DNA of 35,488 bases from a virus (Duplodnaviria; Caudoviricetes). The stretch's first letter is position 1, and each line of letters begins with the position of its first letter. The position numbers and the translations under genes were made by a program. Of this stretch, positions 7,890 through 15,527 are shown piece by piece. Below the pieces are notes generated by a model that was not told the origin of the DNA, ran no database searches, and saw only the letters and a program-made list of their open reading frames with translations. The stretch is taken from the IMG/VR virus record IMGVR_UViG_3300035148_000364, positions 1 through 35,488 of that record; one strand, 5' to 3'.

Positions 7890-8207
7890 GTGGACCTGAA
7901 GAGCATCGACAGCCTGGTGCGTGCGCTACGGTGGTACGGCGACCGGCCCATCGACACGTCGAGGCCCATCCTCAGGAACCCCGACGGCTCCATCGCGACC
8001 GAGGAGTCGGCGACGTTCGACGTGGACGGCGATCAGGTTGTCATCCCAACCATCGTCCAGGGCCGCCGGATGCCGCCACGCGATGCGCTGCGCGAGACCC
8101 TCGCCGGCAGGAACCCCGAGGTGGGCGTGTTCAAGGACCCGGTCGAGGCCGAGGACTACGCGGTCAAGCGGTCGAAGCGGATCGGGGCACTACGCGGAGA
8201 CAAGTAG
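7890..8207 (+). CDS. Stand-alone RPxxxNPDGSIxT domain protein, possible virion cargo
   Basis: RPILRNPDGSIATE...IPTI...GVF..PVEAEDYA resembles a module I recall from large phage virion/ejection proteins; LVRALR at N-terminus. Confidence 0.65.
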   Translation: MDLKSIDSLVRALRWYGDRPIDTSRPILRNPDGSIATEESATFDVDGDQVVIPTIVQGRRMPPRDALRETLAGRNPEVGVFKDPVEAEDYAVKRSKRIGALRGDK

Positions 8208-8209
8208 CC

Positions 8210-8401
8210 ATGCCATTCAAGAGCCAGAAGCAGCGCGCCTGGATGTACGCCACCCACCCCGCCATGGCGAAGCGGTGGGAGGACGAGACCCCGAAGGGCA
8301 AGAAGCTCCCGAAGTACGCCCACGGCAAGCCCGAGCAGCGCGGCCAGGTGAAGGCGGTTCACCTCGTGCGCGCCCTCCGCAACCCGGAGAACCCCTGGTG
8401 A
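8210..8401 (+). CDS. Small basic phage protein (MPFKSxKQR type), 63 aa
   Basis: MPFKSQKQRAWMYATHPAMAKRW..ETPKGKKLP; LVRALR near C-terminus. Confidence 0.7.
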   Translation: MPFKSQKQRAWMYATHPAMAKRWEDETPKGKKLPKYAHGKPEQRGQVKAVHLVRALRNPENPW

Positions 8402-8745
8402 GATTCTTCCATCGGCCCGGCCACCCCAAGGCCAACGAGCGCGGCATCGTCAGCGAGGAAGACCTCGGCTCCTGGGACGAGGAGCACATGGCGCTCCACG
8501 CGCCCATCGTGATGGACCGCCACTACGAAAACATGGCAGCCACCGACGGCACCGACATCGGGAGCCGGCGGAAGCACCGCGAGTATATGAAGCGCCACAA
8601 TCTGGCGATTGCCGACGACTTCAAAGAGACTTGGGCGAAGGCCGCGAAGGAGCGGGAGAAGGTCTACACCGGCGAGCATGACCGGAAGGGAAGGCGCGAG
8701 GACATCGAGCGCGCCTGGTATGAGGTGACGAATGGCCGCAGGTAA
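8398..8745 (+). CDS. Conserved head-module protein of this podovirus group, 115 aa
   Basis: GTGA coupling; DGTDIGSRRKHREYMKRHNL motif usually seen between portal and scaffold; C-terminus resembles the scaffold C-terminus. Confidence 0.7.
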   Translation: MRFFHRPGHPKANERGIVSEEDLGSWDEEHMALHAPIVMDRHYENMAATDGTDIGSRRKHREYMKRHNLAIADDFKETWAKAAKEREKVYTGEHDRKGRREDIERAWYEVTNGRR

Positions 8746-8914
8746 CGCCGCTGCCCTGATCGCCGCCCTGAGGGCGGAAGACGCCCAGGAGGGCGAGCCC
8801 CCGGTGCGGGTCGCGCCGAAGATGCCCATCCGACGGCCCGGCGCTGCCAAGGCGAAGGCCGGCTGCAAGTGCGGCGGGAAGTGCGACGGTAGCTGCGGCT
8901 GCGGCGGGAAGTGA
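8732..8914 (+). CDS. 60-aa protein with metallothionein-like Cys-Gly tail
   Basis: GAGGTG RBS; N-terminal ALIAALR, C-terminal GCKCGGKCDGSCGCGGK. Confidence 0.6.
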   Translation: MAAGNAAALIAALRAEDAQEGEPPVRVAPKMPIRRPGAAKAKAGCKCGGKCDGSCGCGGK

Positions 8915-8917
8915 CCC

Positions 8918-10852
8918 GTGCCCGACGTTGCCGCGCTGCTGCGGGCCCTGCGCGAGACCATGGTGGACGAGAACCCGCCCGTGGCGGGTGCCGTCGGCCT
9001 CGTCAACGAGATGCTGGTGAAGCCCACTCGCAAGTGGGCCACGCCGGTGCTCGGCTACTCCTCGCCGGAGGAGGAGAAGCTCGCCCGCGAGAACCCAGAC
9101 CAGTACACCAGAAAGCGGCGCTCCGAGCAGCTTGCGGAGGGGCTGCCGGATCCGATTGCCGGAGTGCTGACGCCCACCAAGGCGGCCCGCGTCGGCGGCC
9201 CGGCGCGCTTCCTCCGCGGCTCGGCGGTGACGAAGGACATCCCCCATACCTCGGCCTTCGATAGCGTGGTGGCCGCCCTGGAGCGGGAGTACGGCGGCCT
9301 GGACAAGGTGCCGACCGTCCTCAACGCGGCCGGCGAGCGGGTGCCCTACGCGCTCGACGCCATCGCCTGGCACAAGATCCCCGACGAACTGCTCACCCCC
9401 GAGCTGCTCAAGTACAAGGCCATGGGGCCGCACCAGCCGACCCTGCAGGAAATCGTGGATCACGCCCGCTGGATAGACCAGCACCGGCTCTCGCCGACCG
9501 TGGTCGAGAAGGAGGGGCACTGGCGGGCCCCCAACAAGAAGGAGGCCCCTGGCCGCGAGCACGCGCCGGAGGGGCGCTGCACCCCCGATATGCCCGGCTG
9601 CGCCCGGCACAACTTCGGCGAGCAGGCGGGCCTTTCCGGCGTGCCGTGCCTCGGCGAGGACTGCTACGCCGGCCAGATCCTCCAGGGCAAGGGCGGCGAC
9701 GTGGCGAAGGGCATCACCCGCGGCGGCCTCCCAGCCGGGAAGCAGCGCGACGCGCTCGTGAACCTCTGGCGCGAGGAGGGCGTCGATGCGGTCAAGTCGG
9801 CGATGCCAGGCTGGGAGGTAACCGAGCTAGCCCCCGACTTCACCTTGAGCGCGGCACCGGGGAAGAAGCTCTCCCAGGCCGAGCGCGAGAAGGTCCGGCA
9901 GAAGATCGAGAAGGTCATCGAGAAGCAGGGTCGCGACCGCGACTGGGACAAGATCCAGGCGAAGTTCCCCGACGTGGTCATCAAGCCGAAGTACGAAGGC
10001 AAGCCGCTCTCCATCGCTCGGACCACCTCGGAGGCCATCCCCGAGGGCGCGGGGGCCCGGGTGCCGGCAGAGTACCCGAGCGCCACCGGGCGCGACGTGC
10101 GCCTGGGCGTGGATAACACCGCCGATGCCTACCTGTCCTCCCCGCAGGTGATGGAGAACCTCTCCCGCTCCGACCCCAACAGCGTCTTCGGGATCGGCGC
10201 GGAGTATCACGGCTGGAGGCCGGGCGAGGTGACGCCGCCGGCCAATATGTCCCCCGACATCGAGAACCTCGCCGGCCGGTACGTTCACAACACCACCATC
10301 AACGGGCAGCTTCCACTCTCCGAGAACCTGGCTCGCCTGCTCGCGGCCGGGGAGCGCCGCAAGTCGGGCTACAACAACGTCCTGCGCGTCATCTTCGCGG
10401 ACGAGCGGAACCCGTGGGGGAACTGGAACCTCACGAACCCGCATATGCCGGAGTTCTCCGGCTCCTATGACAAGCGCGACGTGCTGAACCGGCTCCTCAA
10501 GGCGGTGCGGAACGAGACCGACTTCTACTCGATGGGCCAGGGCTACCACAACCGCAAGTTCGCGAGCGGGCCGCACGAGACCCTGCCGCTGCCGACGTGC
10601 TGCGCCGGTGGCAACTGCTCCCTCTGTGGCGTCGGCGAGGGCGTGGCCCGGCCGTACACGAAGTGGTGGGATATGCTCACCGAGCACCCGGAGGAGAAGA
10701 TCATGCCCACCTCCCCGGGCTTCTGGCAGAACGTCAGCCCCGACAAGCCGATGAAGGGGTTCGAGAAGTACAAACCCATCTCCCCGACTCCCGGCGTCCA
10801 CTGGGAGGAGGAGGTGGCCAGCCCCCTGCTCCGCGTCCTGAGGGGCGAGTGA
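8918..10852 (+). CDS. 644-aa Cys-rich protein, possibly a divergent radical-SAM-like Fe-S enzyme; candidate virion cargo
   Basis: GRC..GC...CLGEDCYA, VRLGVD, HNTTIN...RL...G..NVLRV and terminal TCCAGGNCSLCG; LLRALR and LLRVLR at the two termini. Confidence 0.55.
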   Translation: MPDVAALLRALRETMVDENPPVAGAVGLVNEMLVKPTRKWATPVLGYSSPEEEKLARENPDQYTRKRRSEQLAEGLPDPIAGVLTPTKAARVGGPARFLRGSAVTKDIPHTSAFDSVVAALEREYGGLDKVPTVLNAAGERVPYALDAIAWHKIPDELLTPELLKYKAMGPHQPTLQEIVDHARWIDQHRLSPTVVEKEGHWRAPNKKEAPGREHAPEGRCTPDMPGCARHNFGEQAGLSGVPCLGEDCYAGQILQGKGGDVAKGITRGGLPAGKQRDALVNLWREEGVDAVKSAMPGWEVTELAPDFTLSAAPGKKLSQAEREKVRQKIEKVIEKQGRDRDWDKIQAKFPDVVIKPKYEGKPLSIARTTSEAIPEGAGARVPAEYPSATGRDVRLGVDNTADAYLSSPQVMENLSRSDPNSVFGIGAEYHGWRPGEVTPPANMSPDIENLAGRYVHNTTINGQLPLSENLARLLAAGERRKSGYNNVLRVIFADERNPWGNWNLTNPHMPEFSGSYDKRDVLNRLLKAVRNETDFYSMGQGYHNRKFASGPHETLPLPTCCAGGNCSLCGVGEGVARPYTKWWDMLTEHPEEKIMPTSPGFWQNVSPDKPMKGFEKYKPISPTPGVHWEEEVASPLLRVLRGE

Positions 10853-11193
10853 TCGGAAACGGCTGCAAGCCGACCGTGAATCTCCGGGGAATCCGACCGG
10901 AGATGGTCTTCATCGACTCCATCGTCCAGAGCATCTTCAACGCGCTCGGCTACGCCTGCGTCCGCACCTCGATCAACGACTCGAAGCACATGGACGGCTC
11001 CCGGCACTACTCGGGCTGCGCCATCGACTACCGCGTACCCTCCTGGCCCACCCACGCCAAGGAGGAGCGCCAGAAGGACGCCACTGTAGCCAGGCTGGTC
11101 CGCGATTCCTTGCCTCCCGGCGCGGATGTTGTACTGGAATCGAACCCGCCCCACCTCCATGTCGAGTGGGATCCGCGGGACAACGTCGCCTAG
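10849..11193 (+). CDS. Endolysin, peptidase M15-like (Hedgehog/DD-peptidase fold), 114 aa
   Basis: TSINDSKH...SRHYSGCAID (Hx6D) and HLHVEWD Zn-ligand motifs; followed by a holin-like gene. Confidence 0.8.
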   Translation: MIGNGCKPTVNLRGIRPEMVFIDSIVQSIFNALGYACVRTSINDSKHMDGSRHYSGCAIDYRVPSWPTHAKEERQKDATVARLVRDSLPPGADVVLESNPPHLHVEWDPRDNVA

Positions 11194-11202
11194 GAGGCGG
11201 GA

Positions 11203-11430
11203 ATGCCGACAGTGAGAAGCTGGAAGACGACCGTGGCGGGCATCGTGATGATCGTCACCGGGCTCGGGAACGCCGTGATGCAGTACGTTCAGGGCGGCCT
11301 GCCGGCCGTGCAGTGGGAGACCCTCATCGCCGCAGTGGTCGGTGGCTTCGGGCTCATCTTCGCCAAGGACGCCGACGTGAGCAACAGCCCGACGCCGGGG
11401 CCCGCGGTGCAGATCGCACGCGTCCGATAG
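11203..11430 (+). CDS. Putative holin
   Basis: 75 aa, 2 TM helices, SWKTTVAG...GLIFAKD signature; AGGAGG RBS. Confidence 0.7.
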   Translation: MPTVRSWKTTVAGIVMIVTGLGNAVMQYVQGGLPAVQWETLIAAVVGGFGLIFAKDADVSNSPTPGPAVQIARVR

Positions 11431-11436
11431 GGCGGC

Positions 11437-11787
11437 GTGTTCTTCAGCATCATCAACCTGATCGCGCCCAAGTGGGTGGCGTGGCTATGCCTGGGGATCG
11501 CCGCACTCTGCGGAGTCTTCGCGGCGATCTTCCAGGCAGAGCACGGGACCACCGCCGGCTTCCTCTGGTGGTTGGCTGGAATCTTCTCCGGGGGAGCCAT
11601 CAGTTCACGCGCCGCCGGGAAGATCACCGACGTGATCCACAACGCCCTGGAGGAGCAGAGGCAGCGGGACGCGCTGAAGCCCGACCCTCCCCCGGGGCAC
11701 GTCGAGGGTGATCCGCTCCCGCCGGTCTTCCCTCCAGGCACCGAGGTCGGGCCGGACAACTCGCCCTACGATCCGAAGGCCCCGTGA
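11437..11787 (+). CDS. Membrane protein (2 TM plus Pro-rich tail), lysis-cassette associated
   Basis: Two hydrophobic segments; adjacent to the holin. Confidence 0.6.
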   Translation: MFFSIINLIAPKWVAWLCLGIAALCGVFAAIFQAEHGTTAGFLWWLAGIFSGGAISSRAAGKITDVIHNALEEQRQRDALKPDPPPGHVEGDPLPPVFPPGTEVGPDNSPYDPKAP

Positions 11788-12164
11788 CGGAACTCTTGAG
11801 ACCCTTCGCAGACTACCAGCACCTCATCCTGGCGGTGGCGCTCGTCTTCGCCTGGCGGTGGTTCAAGCAGTTCCAGACCGAGCGGTCGAACGAGCTTCAG
11901 GCGGAAGTGAGCAACGTGATGGAGAACAAGCTCAAGAACGGCCTCCGCGACATGGTGCGGGAGGAGATCCGCATGGCCATCCGCGAGCACGAGACCGTGG
12001 AGGCGGAATCCCTGCGGAGGCACCTCGTGGAGGTGCGGGACGAACTGGAGAAGGAAGCGAAGCACGGCTGCGAGCAGGTGCAGGGTCTGATCAGGACGCA
12101 TGACGGCAGGCTCTCCGACCTTGAGGCCATGCTCAGAGCACTCACCAACAGCAGGAGGAGATGA
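11784..12164 (+). CDS. Single-TM coiled-coil protein (holin- or spanin-like)
   Basis: N-terminal TM LILAVALVFAW then long coiled coil; GTGA coupling. Confidence 0.55.
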   Translation: MTELLRPFADYQHLILAVALVFAWRWFKQFQTERSNELQAEVSNVMENKLKNGLRDMVREEIRMAIREHETVEAESLRRHLVEVRDELEKEAKHGCEQVQGLIRTHDGRLSDLEAMLRALTNSRRR

Positions 12165-13267
12165 CCGTGGCAGAGCCCCGTGAAGAGCAGGTAGAGAGCA
12201 CCGAGCAGTCGAGCGAGATCGAGCAGCAGGCAGAGCCGACCCTCCGCGAGACCCTGGAGGACGCCTTCGAGCAGCACGAGGCGTCCCTGGAGTCCGAGAC
12301 CCAGGCGCAGAGGGCCCGGGACGAGGCGGGTCGGTTCGCCAAGGAGAAGCCCGAGGGGGACGAGCGACCCGCCACCGGGGCGGCGCGGAGCGAGACTCCT
12401 GAGGGTCGGGTGCAGGCTCCCGCGGAGGGTACCTCCCCTTCCGCGGGGGCCGCGCCCACTTCCGAGCCCCTGCGCCCGCCGGCCGGCTGGAAGCCCGCCG
12501 CCAAGGAGTTCTGGGCCAGCCTGCCGCCGCACGTCCAGCAGGAGGTCTCCCGGCGCGAGCGCGACATCAACCTGGCCATGCAGGAGAGCGCCGAGGCCCG
12601 GCGCACCGCCGAGGCCCTGAACCGCGTCATCGAGCCCTACCGCCAGTACATCCAGGCCGAGCAGTCGGACCCCCTCACGGCCATCAACAACCTCTTCCAG
12701 ACCGCGGTGGCGCTGCGCTCGGCCCCCCAGCAGCACCGGGCGCAGCTTGTGGCGCAGATCGTGCGGGGCTACGGCATCGACGTGGGGATGCTCGACCAGG
12801 CCCTGGCCGGGATGCCGCTCCCGCCCGGCCCGCCGCAGCCGCCGACCGACCCCCGGCTCGACCAGATGTACTCGGAGTGGCAGGCGGCCAAGATCCGCCG
12901 GGCGCAGATGGCCGACTACCAGGCGAAGTCCCAGGTCGCGGAGTTCGCGGCCCACGCCGAGCACTTCACCCCCGAGGTCCGCAAGGCCATGGCCGACATC
13001 ATCGAGGTCAAGGCCCGTCAGAATGTGGAATGCGGATTGGAGGAGGCCTACCATCTCGCCATTCAGATGGACCCTGCCCTGAGGCAGGAGATGCAGAAGA
13101 ACCTGGCGGCAGAGCAGGCGCGGACCTCATCCCAGGCCACCGCAAGGGCTCGAAACGCAGCGAGCAGCATCCGCAACTCGCCGGCAACGCCCGTAGGGGC
13201 GTCCAGCCGCGGGGGCACCGTCAGGGACGACATCGAGGCGGCAATCGAGCAGTTGAGCGGCAGGTGA
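12161..13267 (+). CDS. Capsid scaffolding protein
   Basis: Acidic disordered N-terminus, RARDEAGRFAK, PPAGWK..AKEFWASLP...RRE, helical; immediately upstream of the capsid gene. Confidence 0.85.
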   Translation: MTVAEPREEQVESTEQSSEIEQQAEPTLRETLEDAFEQHEASLESETQAQRARDEAGRFAKEKPEGDERPATGAARSETPEGRVQAPAEGTSPSAGAAPTSEPLRPPAGWKPAAKEFWASLPPHVQQEVSRRERDINLAMQESAEARRTAEALNRVIEPYRQYIQAEQSDPLTAINNLFQTAVALRSAPQQHRAQLVAQIVRGYGIDVGMLDQALAGMPLPPGPPQPPTDPRLDQMYSEWQAAKIRRAQMADYQAKSQVAEFAAHAEHFTPEVRKAMADIIEVKARQNVECGLEEAYHLAIQMDPALRQEMQKNLAAEQARTSSQATARARNAASSIRNSPATPVGASSRGGTVRDDIEAAIEQLSGR

Positions 13268-13376
13268 GAGCCCTCGGGGCCCACTCACTCAGAACCCCTC
13301 GGCGGGGTGCGTCGAACGGCATTGGGCCGTCCACGAGCGAAGCCGGACAGGCAGTTTACTCTGAGTAGAGGGCTCC
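13268..13376 (+). promoter_or_regulatory. Structured RNA leader of the major capsid gene
   Basis: Nested pairings 13268-13275/13368-13375 (8 bp, covers the RBS) and 13287-13293/13360-13366 (7 bp); inner hairpins 13294-13308 and 13316-13330. Confidence 0.6.
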
Positions 13377-14342
13377 ATGAGCTTCCCCAACATCAGCGAC
13401 ATCCTCGCAACGACCATCGAGAATCGGTCGAAGAAGATCGCCGACTCGGTGACCAAGAACAACGCACTCCTCGCCCAACTGGAGCGGAAGGGCCGCATCA
13501 AGACCTTCTCCGGTGGCCACAAGATCCTTCAGGAACTGAGCTTCGCCGACAACGCCAATGCCCAGTATTACTCCGGGTACGAGCCCCTGAACACGTCCCC
13601 CCAGGACGTGATCTCCGCGGCCGAATTCGAGATCAAGCAGGCCGCCTGCGCGGTCACCATCTCGGGCCTGGAAGAGCTTCAGAACAACTCCAAGGAGCAG
13701 ATGATCGACCTGATGGAGGCCCGCGTCACCGTGGCGGAGTCCTCGATGGCGAACCTCGTCAGCGGCGGCATCTACTCCGACGGCACCGGCAGCGGTGGCA
13801 AGCAGATCACCGGCCTCAACGCGGCAGTCCCCACCAACCCGGCCACCGGCACCTACGGCAACATCAATCGGGCCAACTGGACCTTCTGGCGCAGCCAGGT
13901 CGAGGACCCGGGCACCACCCCGACCTCGTCCACTCTCCCCACCGCGATGAACTCGCTCTGGGCGAAGTGCATCCGCGGCGTGGACCGTCCCGACCTCATC
14001 GTGATGGACGGCGTGGTCTGGCAGTTGTACATCGCCGGCCTCCAGGCGCTGCAGCGGTTCGCGGGTGCTGACTCCGCGGGCCTCGGGTTCCCCACCGTGA
14101 TGTTCATGGACGCCGACTGCGTCTTGGACGGCGGCATCGGCGGGTACTGCCCGGCCTCCACCGCGTTCTTCCTCAACACGAAGTACATCCACTACCGGCC
14201 GCACGCCGACCGCAACATGACCAGCCTCTCTCCTGGCAGGCGTTTTTCTGTGAATCAGGACGCGACGGTCCAGATCCTGGCCTGGGCGGGCAATTGCACC
14301 ATGAGCGGTTCCCAGTTCCAGGGCCGCCTGATCGCGACCTAA
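13377..14342 (+). CDS. Major capsid protein
   Basis: 321 aa; SDILATTIENRSKKIADSVTKNNALL N-terminus typical of this podovirus capsid group; after scaffold; TAA stop. Confidence 0.9.
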   Translation: MSFPNISDILATTIENRSKKIADSVTKNNALLAQLERKGRIKTFSGGHKILQELSFADNANAQYYSGYEPLNTSPQDVISAAEFEIKQAACAVTISGLEELQNNSKEQMIDLMEARVTVAESSMANLVSGGIYSDGTGSGGKQITGLNAAVPTNPATGTYGNINRANWTFWRSQVEDPGTTPTSSTLPTAMNSLWAKCIRGVDRPDLIVMDGVVWQLYIAGLQALQRFAGADSAGLGFPTVMFMDADCVLDGGIGGYCPASTAFFLNTKYIHYRPHADRNMTSLSPGRRFSVNQDATVQILAWAGNCTMSGSQFQGRLIAT

Positions 14343-14369
14343 CAGCCAGCCAAGGAAAGGACAACGACC

Positions 14370-14858
14370 ATGGCATACCAGACCGTCGGACCCACCCTCG
14401 GGATCAACTTCACCCAGGTGGACACCACTCCGCAGTTCCCGCTCGGCCTCATCGTCCAGGCCCGCGACCCCGACCTCGGGGTCGGGGAGTTCATCTACCT
14501 GAAGGGCGTCGCCTCCACGGCAGTGGGCTCGGTGGTGCTGTACGATCAGGACGCGTACACCACCAGCCTCCTCGCCGCGAACGACATCGGGCCGGTGGCC
14601 TTCGCGATGGCCGCGACCATCGCGAACACCTACGGGTGGTACCAGATCACCGGCAAGTGCGTGGCCAAGGTGGCCACGAGCTACGCCGACGACGCCCTCG
14701 TCTACGCCACCGCCACTGCGGGCACCGTGGACGACGCCGTCACCGCCGGAGACCGGGTGAAGCGCGCCCGCTCCTGCTCGGCCATCGACACCCCGAGCAC
14801 CGGCCTCGCCTACATCCGGGCCGAGCGGCCCTGGATGGACGACGCGACCGCGGCCTAG
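14370..14858 (+). CDS. Putative capsid decoration/cement protein
   Basis: 162 aa, beta-rich, EFIYLKG and YGWYQITG motifs; directly after MCP with strong RBS. Confidence 0.65.
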   Translation: MAYQTVGPTLGINFTQVDTTPQFPLGLIVQARDPDLGVGEFIYLKGVASTAVGSVVLYDQDAYTTSLLAANDIGPVAFAMAATIANTYGWYQITGKCVAKVATSYADDALVYATATAGTVDDAVTAGDRVKRARSCSAIDTPSTGLAYIRAERPWMDDATAA

Positions 14859-14872
14859 CAGTCTCTCGACAC

Positions 14873-14909
14873 CGGGCTGGAGGGAGGAATGGGTCCTCCC
14901 TCCGGCCCG
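14873..14909 (+). terminator. 16-bp stem-loop after the capsid and decoration genes
   Basis: CGGGCTGGAGGGAGGA-atggg-TCCTCCCTCCGGCCCG (one G-U pair); no U-tract. Confidence 0.6.
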
Positions 14910-14936
14910 TGCAGTATCAACCCAGGAGGAAGCCCC

Positions 14937-15527
14937 GTGGCAGGAATCGCAGACGAGACCGTGATGCAGTTGGCCGAGAACATCAACCGCCCCGACTTCG
15001 CCGACAGCAGGCTTCACGTCACCTTCTACTACCACCCCGTGCAGGACGAGGACGCGACCAAGAAGGAAGGCCGCCCGATCTACAACGAGGTGGAGTTCAT
15101 CAAGATCATGGTCCCCGGCGACGCCACCAACATCATCGAGCAGCCGGTGGACGAGATTCACAAGCGCCGCTTCCGCAAGCTCTACGAAGAGTGGAAGCGG
15201 ACGGGGGACGGCGAGAAGCTCCAGGGCACCCCGCTCTCGGTCTGGCCCCAGGTCACCCGCGGACAGGTCGAGGAGTTGGCCTTCTTCGGCGTGAAGACGG
15301 TGGAGCACCTGGCCGGCATGAGCGACGGGGTCATCCAGAAGTTCATGGGCGGCATGGCGCTGCGCCAGAAGGCCATCGACTTCTTGGAGGCCGCCAAGGG
15401 GACCTCCCACATCACCTCCCTCAGGGCTGAACTCGACGCCGCCAAGAACGAGCGCGAGGCGATGGCCCAGCAGATGAAGGACATGGCCGAGCAGATGGCC
15501 GAGCTTCGGAAGGCGAAGGGCCGCTGA
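14937..15527 (+). CDS. Conserved podovirus head-region protein of unknown function
   Basis: GTG after AGGAGG; EGRPIY..I..PGD, GTPL..WP, KTVEHLA motifs; C-terminal coiled coil. Confidence 0.75.
   Translation: MAGIADETVMQLAENINRPDFADSRLHVTFYYHPVQDEDATKKEGRPIYNEVEFIKIMVPGDATNIIEQPVDEIHKRRFRKLYEEWKRTGDGEKLQGTPLSVWPQVTRGQVEELAFFGVKTVEHLAGMSDGVIQKFMGGMALRQKAIDFLEAAKGTSHITSLRAELDAAKNEREAMAQQMKDMAEQMAELRKAKGR

Noticed and set aside
13268-13376. Multi-stem structure as a tRNA
   Set aside because: No T-loop GTTC motif, D-loop or CCA end; reported instead as a cis-regulatory leader
14330-14370. Programmed frameshift or read-through extending the capsid protein
   Set aside because: No slippery heptamer; TAA stop, and the next gene has its own strong RBS
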